Positions 1-8,175 of a stretch of DNA of 64,000 nucleotides are shown piece by piece. The position numbers were made by a program, and so were the translations under genes. The stretch lies in sequence record MN445185.1; one strand, given 5' to 3'. The number at the start of each line of letters is the position of its first letter. The stretch's first letter is position 1. The notes below the pieces were generated by a model. That model did no database searches. It was not told where the DNA came from and worked only from the letters and a program-made list of their open reading frames with translations.

Positions 1-76
1 GCCGTTTAAGCCCAGCCCGTATTACACGATGGGACAACTGCGCGCTTCCTTCAAAGGGAAAGCACGCTAAAGTGTG

Positions 77-103
77 GGGGACTTCGGTCCCCTTTCTTTT
101 TTT
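77..103 (+). terminator. Rho-independent terminator
   Basis: GGGGAC-TTCG-GTCCCC followed by a T-tract. Confidence 0.9.
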
Positions 104-144
104 GCGTTTTAGGCCAGTGATATGACTACAACGAGGGACAGCTA

Positions 145-1647
145 ATGCAACAGTATTTTGAAATTCCATCGTTGGACAAGACCATGCGCAAAGCTGTGGT
201 CGACGGCGTCGTAGAACGTGTGCTAAACGAATCTGGTATTGAACGTGCCAGTGTTGTTTTCACGGATAGCTTCAACACCGCCCATCAGCCAGGCTCTACG
301 CTCGGCGATGAGACACCGGTGGACTATTCAGCACCGAACCGTGTCTACGTCGAAGTGGAAGAAGAACGTGATGAACGCGCACGCATTAACCGTCAAGTTG
401 GGTTAGCGGCAGAGATTCCATTCTTCCATAACCCCGAAGACCAAGTACGCGCCGCTCCTGTCCGCGTAATGTATAACGTGACTATCACGCTACGGCGTGT
501 CGGCCCATCGCGTGACGAATTGTTACGTTGGGCGAACCGCCTGGATTCACTTATCGACATGGGTCGCTATTCAACCATGACGGAATCCGAAGCGTACTAC
601 TTGATTCCAAAACCTGCGCTTAAGCTATTGAACGAATGCTATATCGCCGCAGGGACCCGTGTGCCGAAATACGATGACTTTAAAGATTATCTAAAGGCGC
701 ACTTCACACCCGACGTTTTCACCACAGGTAATGTTGCCGGTGGTCAGAATGTCTTAGCGGTACGCTACGCACCAACCCGTATCGAGACGGTTTACGATGT
801 TATCTCTCCTACCTGGGATAACGACGAAAACCGTTACGAGACCAGCTTCGTTATACGCTTCTCATATCAGCGACCCGAAGAGGTGGTGATTACCTACCCG
901 TACATTATCAACCAGACACCGTTGCCTGATGAATGGTGGCCTGAGATAGACCCACCGTTTGTGAGTAATGAAGAGGGTGTGCAACGTCACCAACAGCAAA
1001 AGAACCTCGACGGCACTTGGTGGATTAATGAATCTCGCCAGTTCTTACGCCTACCGTATCTGCTGTCACCGACAGAACAGTTTGAACGTACACACTCGCC
1101 GCTAAAAGCAAAGCTTCTGCATGTGTTCGGCACCGATGTAGCCTTCGGTGAAGAAAACATGATCGACCCTGAGGTTTGTAGTATCGATGATTTACCGTAT
1201 GTCTGGAATGCCGACGTGGTTCCTTATATCGAACACTGTCGCACGATAGACCCGACAGGTCAGACTGGCATTATCCGTATGGAATTGTTCGAGAATGGTC
1301 AAATCATTGAACCACGTTTCTACCATTGGGAAAACGGCGTCTTCTCGCTACGTAACCGTGAAGTTCATGTCGAGAAAGCGTACTACTTAACAGAGTCGGC
1401 AATACACGACTGGCGTAATATGGACTTATGGCCACTGCATCTTTATCCAAAAGCGGCAAAAGTGCTTATTGAGTGGTTATTCCCAGATTGGGATTGCCCG
1501 GATTGGTGGTGGGATAAACCTGTGTTACCACCAAGTGTGATTGATGAAATCACGAAGTTCTATCGCCGTGTCCTGTTGACGCAATTTAATACCACGATTA
1601 TAGCCATCAGAGGAGCCGATAATGCTCAAGGCGAACAAGAGGGGTGA
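145..1647 (+). CDS. Virion structural protein (phiKZ/SPN3US-like conserved block)
   Basis: 500-aa ORF with GAGG RBS and a TATG late-type element at 121; position in the structural block upstream of helicase/MCP. Confidence 0.6.
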   Translation: MQQYFEIPSLDKTMRKAVVDGVVERVLNESGIERASVVFTDSFNTAHQPGSTLGDETPVDYSAPNRVYVEVEEERDERARINRQVGLAAEIPFFHNPEDQVRAAPVRVMYNVTITLRRVGPSRDELLRWANRLDSLIDMGRYSTMTESEAYYLIPKPALKLLNECYIAAGTRVPKYDDFKDYLKAHFTPDVFTTGNVAGGQNVLAVRYAPTRIETVYDVISPTWDNDENRYETSFVIRFSYQRPEEVVITYPYIINQTPLPDEWWPEIDPPFVSNEEGVQRHQQQKNLDGTWWINESRQFLRLPYLLSPTEQFERTHSPLKAKLLHVFGTDVAFGEENMIDPEVCSIDDLPYVWNADVVPYIEHCRTIDPTGQTGIIRMELFENGQIIEPRFYHWENGVFSLRNREVHVEKAYYLTESAIHDWRNMDLWPLHLYPKAAKVLIEWLFPDWDCPDWWWDKPVLPPSVIDEITKFYRRVLLTQFNTTIIAIRGADNAQGEQEG

Positions 1648-2977
1648 TACTAAATTCGTTCCTGTTGAACCTGAAATTCCGATTATCAATAAACCGCAGG
1701 ACGGGGTGAAAGAAGCCAGCAACTTGGTAACGATTCCAACCCGCACCACGGTAACGGACTTCGACAGGATTCCGAAACAGTATCTCCTGCAATACAACGA
1801 AGGTTCTGAATGGCCGGTTGATTTTTATCACGCGTTGTCGGGTCGCAACGATCCGAAGACGATGTTCGATACTCAGAATGACAGCCCTACGCAACAGCTG
1901 CTTAAGATTGTTAATCTGTCATTACGTGTTAACGCACCGCTCGACCGTACGCAGGACGAACAACGTAAGACTTTCGAACTGACCGGGACGTCGACCCTGG
2001 TAGCATCGATTACACCGAACGAGGGTGACTTCTTTGTTGCGCCGATAGGCGACCATCGCCACGGTCTGTTTAACATCACTGCCGTTACCCGAATGTCGAA
2101 CAACAAAATTGCAACGTACCAGATACGTTACACGATGTTGTACGAGATTACACCGCAGATTGCAGAGACGATTCGTCTGTGCACTGTGAGAACGCTCCAT
2201 TACGTCCGTGAGCGCGCGTGGACCGGTGGTGATACCTTACTGACCCCCAACGAGTATCGTACGTTCCTGGAGCTGGGAGACCGCATTAAGGACATTGAGA
2301 CGACGTTTGTTCGCCGTTTCTACGATACCAGTTTAGAAACCCTCGCCTATCCACGTGACTGGAAACTCGACGGGTTAAAGGCGGGGGGTTATTACGACGT
2401 TTTCTTGGCGATGTTTGTGAAGGCTATTGGTCTTCGAACCGTTGGTAAAGATATCCGTATTTACCCGCACCCGCCGAAACCCGTGCAAGATATCGAAACG
2501 CTGTTCACGGTGTTGTTAAATCAACAGCCAGAACTGCTACCTTACGTCGAGAAAGAATGCAGCGCAGTTAACCCGCGCACGTTCAGAACGATGCAGACCC
2601 GCAACACTATTGCATGGTCACAGTTCAGTTCGACGCGTTACTTTACATCACAGATTCGTCAGTTGGCAACGTACGATGGGGAGTGGCCAGAGTTCGAAGC
2701 ATTCGAACCGGTTATGTTCCCTGAGTATCATGGCAACGCAGGCGAGGATATGGTGGCTTTTCTGCCGTTGACGTATAAACCCTACCTGTTAAGCGAAACG
2801 TTCTATAGCGGCTCGTACAGCTCGGTTCTGGAGCATTGTTTGTACCTGTATCTGAACAAACAACCAGTACCTAGTGAAGTGGCTGCGCGTTTAGCAGAAT
2901 TGGTGCTGGCTTTACCGAAGGACAGTCAGTTCTATTACGTCCCGATGGTCTACGTGATTTTGAAATACGCGAGGTAG
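1622..2977 (+). CDS. Virion structural protein
   Basis: 451-aa ORF overlapping the previous gene; same operon. Confidence 0.6.
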   Translation: MLKANKRGDTKFVPVEPEIPIINKPQDGVKEASNLVTIPTRTTVTDFDRIPKQYLLQYNEGSEWPVDFYHALSGRNDPKTMFDTQNDSPTQQLLKIVNLSLRVNAPLDRTQDEQRKTFELTGTSTLVASITPNEGDFFVAPIGDHRHGLFNITAVTRMSNNKIATYQIRYTMLYEITPQIAETIRLCTVRTLHYVRERAWTGGDTLLTPNEYRTFLELGDRIKDIETTFVRRFYDTSLETLAYPRDWKLDGLKAGGYYDVFLAMFVKAIGLRTVGKDIRIYPHPPKPVQDIETLFTVLLNQQPELLPYVEKECSAVNPRTFRTMQTRNTIAWSQFSSTRYFTSQIRQLATYDGEWPEFEAFEPVMFPEYHGNAGEDMVAFLPLTYKPYLLSETFYSGSYSSVLEHCLYLYLNKQPVPSEVAARLAELVLALPKDSQFYYVPMVYVILKYAR

Positions 2978-2979
2978 TA

Positions 2980-3519
2980 ATGTCGGAGAAGAAGCGCAGT
3001 GCAGCATTTATGCTGTTTAAAGCGTGGGTGTTCTTCCGGGTACCGGAATACGCAACCATCACAACCTACGCCAGTCAGGAACACGGATTGTTCTTGCCAG
3101 AAGACCCGAAGAAACGACAAGCGTTGTTACTGAACATGAAGCCTATCTATCTGCACCCCTCAGAAGCTGCCGAGTATTTAGCGACCGGTGGTGCGTTAGA
3201 TGTACACGACCCGCATGACGGGATTAAAGTGTACGGGTGGATTATGGAACACCTTGCGGACTGGCTGAACTATCTGGAGAACCCGACGCTGATTTACCGG
3301 GAAGTCCCTATCGAAGGGTTGCGTCAGTTCAATGTGCTGGCTTCGAAACTGTTTCCTGTGGCTAACCGCTACGGGTATTTCAAGAAACCCACTGCAACGA
3401 TGGCGGACTGTGTTCAGTCGTTATTTGGGCAGGTCCGCCTGGAGTCTAAACTCCACCGTTTTAATGATACGATTATGAAACGTATTGAGTACGCTTATAG
3501 AGCCCGAGGAGGTCGCTAA
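2980..3519 (+). CDS. Conserved jumbo-phage hypothetical protein
   Basis: 179-aa ORF, GAGG RBS, TAATG coupling to the next gene. Confidence 0.7.
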   Translation: MSEKKRSAAFMLFKAWVFFRVPEYATITTYASQEHGLFLPEDPKKRQALLLNMKPIYLHPSEAAEYLATGGALDVHDPHDGIKVYGWIMEHLADWLNYLENPTLIYREVPIEGLRQFNVLASKLFPVANRYGYFKKPTATMADCVQSLFGQVRLESKLHRFNDTIMKRIEYAYRARGGR

Positions 3520-4832
3520 TGTCGTTTGGTCGGTTACAACAGATGGCGAACGGTCACATCGCTAATGCTCGGGGGTTACCGGCTATCGACTACGGGATAT
3601 TCCTCACGGTACACGGTGCCCCAGTGACGGTGTTGAAGATGCTGTCTATCATTCACACCGGTCACTTTACGCGTGATATCTGTTTATTGACACATCTCAC
3701 CTTGGCTATACCCTACAGCCACATGCGAATGATCACGTCGTCCGCAGAAGGGGATTTGAAGGTAAAGCTGTTATTGCGTCGTGGACAGAAAATCGCGGGG
3801 GTCTTTAACTACCGCGGCATCGTGATAAATAACCGCGACCACAACGCGGAAACACCGACGATGTTCTTGAGTCAGTCTGATGAGAAATCTATCGCTTTGG
3901 TAACATTGGAGCTGATGGATGAGTCGATGTGGTTCCTGCGTAATCGTCAAGTGGGCGGCATCTACCACGAAACAGATGGGTTAACAGTGGCACGCTCGAT
4001 ACTGGCGGATACGTTGCCGGAAGGGGTGGCTGCAGAGGGGCAGTTGAAAGGGATTGAATACGATGAAGAAGAACAGCAGGCATATCGGGACATCGTTATA
4101 CCAGACTCCGAAGACTTCTTAAGCGTGTTTGATTATCTGCAGAACCATTACGGTGTTTACAGCAAAGGTATTGGGGTCTTCCAATACCTACAACGTTGGT
4201 ATCTGTATCGACCTTGGGACTCGTTGAAGTTTAATAACACAACGAAGCCTAAACTGGTCATTTATAACTTGCCTCGTGAACAGGCTGCTCACATTGACCG
4301 CACCACCGATATCGCGGGTAATGTTATCTATCTGATTTGTGGCGGCGACACCAGTAGTTTGGAATACCGTGACCAGACCGCGCTTAACCAGGGTACGGGT
4401 TACCGGGTAGGGTCTGTACGTGTGTTGGATGGGCGTAGTAGTTCATTTACGCCTGGCGACATCAGTATGACCACACCTGATAAATTTGTGGCACAGGCCG
4501 ACCCTGCTGCGTATCCAGGTGGTGTGGTTAACGCACCAATCGATCCTGATAAGCACTTTAGCGATACCGATAAGCCGCAGCGGTCTAAACTGGAGATGGG
4601 TCTGGGTACGATTGTGCAAACAACCTGGAACCGTTCAACGCACGGCATCCTATATCCTGGTATGCCAGTAAAATACGTTTTTGCCAACGAGTATGGGGTC
4701 TATACCCGCTACGGCACGTTGGTGGGGGAGGTGTTCCAGTCTGCTATCGACGGTCAAACGATGGCGTCCGGGCGCTATAACACCCAATCTCAACTGAGCC
4801 TTTGGCTCAAAGATGAAAAATTTACAGCTTAG
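3519..4832 (+). CDS. Virion protein, possibly baseplate hub (T4 gp27-like)
   Basis: 437-aa beta-rich ORF; FDYLQNHYGVYSKG segment and size resemble hub proteins (inference). Confidence 0.45.
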   Translation: MSFGRLQQMANGHIANARGLPAIDYGIFLTVHGAPVTVLKMLSIIHTGHFTRDICLLTHLTLAIPYSHMRMITSSAEGDLKVKLLLRRGQKIAGVFNYRGIVINNRDHNAETPTMFLSQSDEKSIALVTLELMDESMWFLRNRQVGGIYHETDGLTVARSILADTLPEGVAAEGQLKGIEYDEEEQQAYRDIVIPDSEDFLSVFDYLQNHYGVYSKGIGVFQYLQRWYLYRPWDSLKFNNTTKPKLVIYNLPREQAAHIDRTTDIAGNVIYLICGGDTSSLEYRDQTALNQGTGYRVGSVRVLDGRSSSFTPGDISMTTPDKFVAQADPAAYPGGVVNAPIDPDKHFSDTDKPQRSKLEMGLGTIVQTTWNRSTHGILYPGMPVKYVFANEYGVYTRYGTLVGEVFQSAIDGQTMASGRYNTQSQLSLWLKDEKFTA

Positions 4833-4844
4833 TCATCTAGTATG
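4822..4844 (+). promoter_or_regulatory. Bipartite TTAC-N15-TATG phage promoter candidate
   Basis: aaaaatTTAC-15 nt-TATG upstream of 4876; matches both the phiKZ middle (AAanntTAC) and late (TATG) motifs. Confidence 0.6.
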
Positions 4845-4875
4845 ACCCGTAAGTAACCTTAAGGAAAATATTGCA

Positions 4876-5673
4876 ATGAAAGCGATTCACACCTTTCGCA
4901 TGACCGGCCAAACTGTTCTCGACATTGATGCGTATGAAGCCGCTAACTTCACCAAACCGACCAAGCTCTGGGATCGCTTGGTTAAGGTACTGCCGCAAAG
5001 CGGTGAGGTGCAGTTGGATTTTGTCATGGCATCGACGTTGGATAAAACAGTGGCAGTTATTTATACTGCTGACGGTGTGCAGAGTAAGAAGGACCTGGCA
5101 ATCGAAGATAAAGGCGGGCTGGGTTATCACTTGTTCCTGCACTGCGTAACCACTGCACCGATTTCAGCTGCGCTGGCGGGACAGTACGGTTTCGCGAATG
5201 CGTATTTCCTGGCACAGAAACTCGCCGTGAATGTTATTCCGGGTGACGTGACCACTTACCCTGAATACGTACAGCGTATCCTGCCAGAGCACTTCGCTGC
5301 AGACGACTACGATTTCAACGTGTTCCGTTTCGCATTGATCGGCGAATCGCGCGATCCAGAATACACCGTTGGCTTGCGTGCCTGTCTGCGTCACTCCGTT
5401 ATCTCTTCGGATGAAGGGATGTCGAATAACGTGAACGAAGTGTTCCCGATGATGCAAGTCGGTCCGTATATCACTTTCAACTCGTACATTCCGTTCCCGG
5501 CACAGATTCTGCCGCCGCAGAACGATAACAGTGTACTGCCAATCGCCGACAAGTATTCACTGCGTGCGAGCGAAGCAGTTGAAGTGATTAACGATCGTCG
5601 CTTTACATTGTCAGTGACCAGCGGCATCAGTGAACCGGAAGTTGCGGTCTCTCAGAGCCTGGATTTGATGTAA
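4876..5673 (+). CDS. Probable virion structural protein
   Basis: 265-aa ORF, AAGGA RBS, own late-type promoter and terminator. Confidence 0.6.
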   Translation: MKAIHTFRMTGQTVLDIDAYEAANFTKPTKLWDRLVKVLPQSGEVQLDFVMASTLDKTVAVIYTADGVQSKKDLAIEDKGGLGYHLFLHCVTTAPISAALAGQYGFANAYFLAQKLAVNVIPGDVTTYPEYVQRILPEHFAADDYDFNVFRFALIGESRDPEYTVGLRACLRHSVISSDEGMSNNVNEVFPMMQVGPYITFNSYIPFPAQILPPQNDNSVLPIADKYSLRASEAVEVINDRRFTLSVTSGISEPEVAVSQSLDLM

Positions 5674-5680
5674 AAGTGTG

Positions 5681-5715
5681 CCTGGTCTCCTTGTGAGACC
5701 AGGTCTCTTTATTTT
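5681..5715 (+). terminator. Rho-independent terminator
   Basis: CCTGGTCTC-cttgt-GAGACCAGG followed by a T-rich tract. Confidence 0.8.
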
Positions 5716-5717
5716 AG

Positions 5718-5820
5718 CCCTCTAAACGCACTCACAACCTTCTAAAGCCTCTCTAACGGTAGAACGACCCTCTAAAGTGATAAAAGCTCTCAAAACGCGT
5801 TTGAGAGCGTTATAGAGGGT
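5718..5820. repeat. Array of YYYTCTAAA-like nonamers with nested inverted repeat
   Basis: Direct copies at 5718, 5738, 5749, 5768 and 5786; inverted copies at 5800 and 5811; stems 5767-74/5813-20 and 5786-94/5800-08. Confidence 0.75.
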
Positions 5821-5839
5821 ATACTCTGAATAAAAATAA

Positions 5840-5915
5840 TTTCAGATATATATTACCTAGGTGATAGAAGACAATCTATCAACTCAATCGACTATTAATC
5901 TAAAGGAGTATTGCC
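5840..5915 (+). promoter_or_regulatory. Early promoter-hairpin-leader cassette, copy 1
   Basis: TTTCAGATATATATTACCTAGG contains the phiKZ-type early motif TATATTAC (5849-56); hairpin 5862-81; AATCGACTATTAATCTAAAGGAG leader. Confidence 0.8.
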
Positions 5916-6059
5916 ATGTTAACTCGTAACCATAAACGTGCCATCTTCGCCATCGTTGCTGTTGTTGCTTTCGCGGTATTGTCTATCACTGTAACTCAAG
6001 ATTACAACAAATGCATCGATAACGGTAACTCTGTTGCCATGTGTACAGGTCGCGGCTAA
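5916..6059 (+). CDS. Small single-pass membrane protein (47 aa), not in ORF track
   Basis: AAGGAG RBS; MLTRNHKRAIFAIVAVVAFAVLSITVTQDYNKCIDNGNSVAMCTGRG; TAATG coupling to the next ORF. Confidence 0.8.
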   Translation: MLTRNHKRAIFAIVAVVAFAVLSITVTQDYNKCIDNGNSVAMCTGRG

Positions 6060-6241
6060 TGGACTTTTCTGATACGCAGTTTGCCGAGTTCTTATCTCAC
6101 CCGCGTGTTAAACGTGAGTGGGATAATCTCACTAACGGTGTTCGTCATCAGGACGAAGAAGAAATTGTTCACGTTACCGCGCAAGTCTTACTCGTCTCAC
6201 CGACAGGTAATGTGTTTCCAATGCAGCAGGAGATTTACTAA
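6059..6241 (+). CDS. Hypothetical protein (60 aa)
   Basis: Start overlaps the upstream stop (TAATG); coupled to the next ORF. Confidence 0.7.
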   Translation: MDFSDTQFAEFLSHPRVKREWDNLTNGVRHQDEEEIVHVTAQVLLVSPTGNVFPMQQEIY

Positions 6242-6429
6242 TGGGCGTTTTAGTTAATTACGATGGTAAAAACGGAATCGTGCTTCGCGAAGTGGAAGAT
6301 AACGAAACAGTAGAGGTGAATCCGCAAACCTCAGAACGTACGTTTATCGTGGGGCCGAAAAGCGCATTACCGAAGCCGGACTGGAAAGAAGAGCTGGCGA
6401 AGTTCCGTGGGGAACTCGGGAAGAAGTAG
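6241..6429 (+). CDS. Hypothetical protein (62 aa)
   Basis: AGGAG RBS, TAATG coupling, followed by a terminator. Confidence 0.75.
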   Translation: MGVLVNYDGKNGIVLREVEDNETVEVNPQTSERTFIVGPKSALPKPDWKEELAKFRGELGKK

Positions 6430-6441
6430 TATAGATAATTT

Positions 6442-6470
6442 AATACCACCTACGGGTGGTATTATTTTTT
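6442..6470 (+). terminator. Rho-independent terminator
   Basis: AATACCACC-TACG-GGTGGTATT followed by a T-tract. Confidence 0.8.
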
Positions 6471-6481
6471 GCCTAAGGAAC

Positions 6482-6904
6482 ATGAAAATGATTAATGAGA
6501 AGCTCCAAAAGTATTTAAAGAACGACACTGACTGGATGGTTCTTGACCAGTACGGACGATTTGTTCCGCTATCCAAGGATTCCCCTATACCCCGTGACAA
6601 GGCGATTTATATTCCTGACGGTAAGGGTGGCTATCGTTTCTGGGAAGGCCAGGAAGTAAAAGAGGAAATGTTCTACATGGAGCCGAAGTTCCGTGCAGCG
6701 TTCCCATCGAAAAATATTAACGGATATGTTTACAACGCAATTCCGCCAATCACGCATCCTAACTTTGAGGTTGTGAACTACCCCGCAACTGTTCTGGATT
6801 GGCAACGTGCCATTAGTGAACACTACACGATTCCGCTTGAAGGTGTTTACTTCCCATTCCGTGATATTAGTTTAGATGACTTTATTAACTCTCTTAAGGA
6901 CTAA
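6482..6904 (+). CDS. Hypothetical protein
   Basis: AAGGA RBS before ATG 6482; the ORF-track extension runs through a terminator. Confidence 0.7.
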   Translation: MKMINEKLQKYLKNDTDWMVLDQYGRFVPLSKDSPIPRDKAIYIPDGKGGYRFWEGQEVKEEMFYMEPKFRAAFPSKNINGYVYNAIPPITHPNFEVVNYPATVLDWQRAISEHYTIPLEGVYFPFRDISLDDFINSLKD

Positions 6905-6908
6905 AAAA

Positions 6909-7769
6909 ATGTACAGCATTACTGATTTTATCAAAAGTTCAGATTTCCCCCTACCTCCAGACCACGAAGTATTGGCTAGCGATCCGTTAACCGATGCGGC
7001 CATTGTCCAGCTGGACCGTGACAAACGTCGTACTTACGTCGTGTTGGTCGAAGGAAAGAGCTACGGCCTGTCTTCTTACGACCTGGAGCAGCAAGAGCGC
7101 TTCCTCGATGAAAACCGCAAAACGTCAATGTATAGCGCTATCTCGCGCGCGTTGTGCAAGGTAATGGCGACGATCACGGACAGCAAAAAGCGCGTCGCCG
7201 TGCTACAGGGTATCAATGCGCTAACGACCAAAATCCAACAACTTGAAGGTTTCCATTGCCCACGATTGGAAGCCGCACAGAAGGATGCTAAGGGTGATGA
7301 GGCCATGGTGCTGTTTGGAGGCAATACTGTCTTTGCAACAGCTGAAGCTTGTTATCTCACCTATCCAACCTTTAACTATACGCCAATCAGCGACACCGTA
7401 GACGGGATTAAAGTAGAGAACGTCGTGCAATGGGGTCGCGCAAATCTCAAGTTTGTGATGTCCCATGAAGAAGAAAATCAAGACGGCCTTGGCCAGAAGA
7501 TTCAACGTTGGTTCACGGCACGTTTGGACGCCGACTGGGAAGCGCATGTTAACGCACAGCTTCGTAAATTTCACGCGGTGGTCGCATTGTTAAAAGAAAA
7601 TACTCCTGCCCCGAAACAATCGAAGGCACCGGTGGTTGGCTGGACGTGTTCCGGCTGTAACCGCAACCATGTCGCCACAGTACCGAGAACCCATCGCTAC
7701 ACTTCGCAGACGATGAACATTGCTTGTCCGGCTTGCGGCAAGATCAACGAAGTTGATTATAAACCGTAG
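6909..7769 (+). CDS. Hypothetical protein with C-terminal zinc ribbon
   Basis: CSGC...CPAC pairs at the C-terminus. Confidence 0.7.
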   Translation: MYSITDFIKSSDFPLPPDHEVLASDPLTDAAIVQLDRDKRRTYVVLVEGKSYGLSSYDLEQQERFLDENRKTSMYSAISRALCKVMATITDSKKRVAVLQGINALTTKIQQLEGFHCPRLEAAQKDAKGDEAMVLFGGNTVFATAEACYLTYPTFNYTPISDTVDGIKVENVVQWGRANLKFVMSHEEENQDGLGQKIQRWFTARLDADWEAHVNAQLRKFHAVVALLKENTPAPKQSKAPVVGWTCSGCNRNHVATVPRTHRYTSQTMNIACPACGKINEVDYKP

Positions 7770-7775
7770 TAGTAC

Positions 7776-7810
7776 CCCCTCTTACCTTCGGGTAAGAGGG
7801 TTTTATATTT
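7776..7810 (+). terminator. Rho-independent terminator
   Basis: CCCTCTTACC-TTCG-GGTAAGAGGG followed by T-rich sequence; 26 nt identical to 34789-34814. Confidence 0.85.
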
Positions 7811-7818
7811 ATTTTCCG

Positions 7819-7857
7819 AAAAGAAAATAAAAGGCGCTCTCTCCCGAAGGAGAGAGC
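7819..7857 (-). terminator. Rho-independent terminator (minus strand)
   Basis: GCTCTCTCC-CGAA-GGAGAGAGC (UUCG loop on minus) preceded by an A-tract on plus. Confidence 0.8.
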
Positions 7858-7883
7858 TTATTCACATCCACTTAGAGGTTAAC

Positions 7884-8030
7884 ATGAATACCTTTATGCA
7901 ACAACTGCGTCAGCAACAGCTGAAACAAGTCGCTTTTCAACAACGTCTGCAAGAGGTTACCCGCCAACCGCAGACTTCCACCCGTACCATTAAAGGACTA
8001 GGAGGTGAGATAATACTCAACAAGAGATAA
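7884..8030 (+). CDS. Gln-rich small ORF (48 aa), not in ORF track
   Basis: GAGG RBS; MNTFMQQLRQQQLKQVAFQQRLQEVTRQPQTSTRTIKGLGGEIILNKR. Confidence 0.5.
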   Translation: MNTFMQQLRQQQLKQVAFQQRLQEVTRQPQTSTRTIKGLGGEIILNKR

Positions 8031-8040
8031 CATGAATATT

Positions 8041-8092
8041 TGCATGGACTAACTGTACCCGAGTGTTCACAGCACTCGGGTTATTCCATGCA
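8041..8092. other. Long intergenic stem-loop
   Basis: TGCATGGA(8041-48)/TCCATGCA(8085-92) and ACCCGAGTG(8057-65)/CACTCGGGT(8073-81). Confidence 0.7.
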
Positions 8093-8175
8093 TATAAATA
8101 GTTCGTCGTATTTTTTTTTGATCTTGGCAGGACGCATAAACTGCCCGTAGGGGAGCTTAGGCTCCCCAGTGTTCG

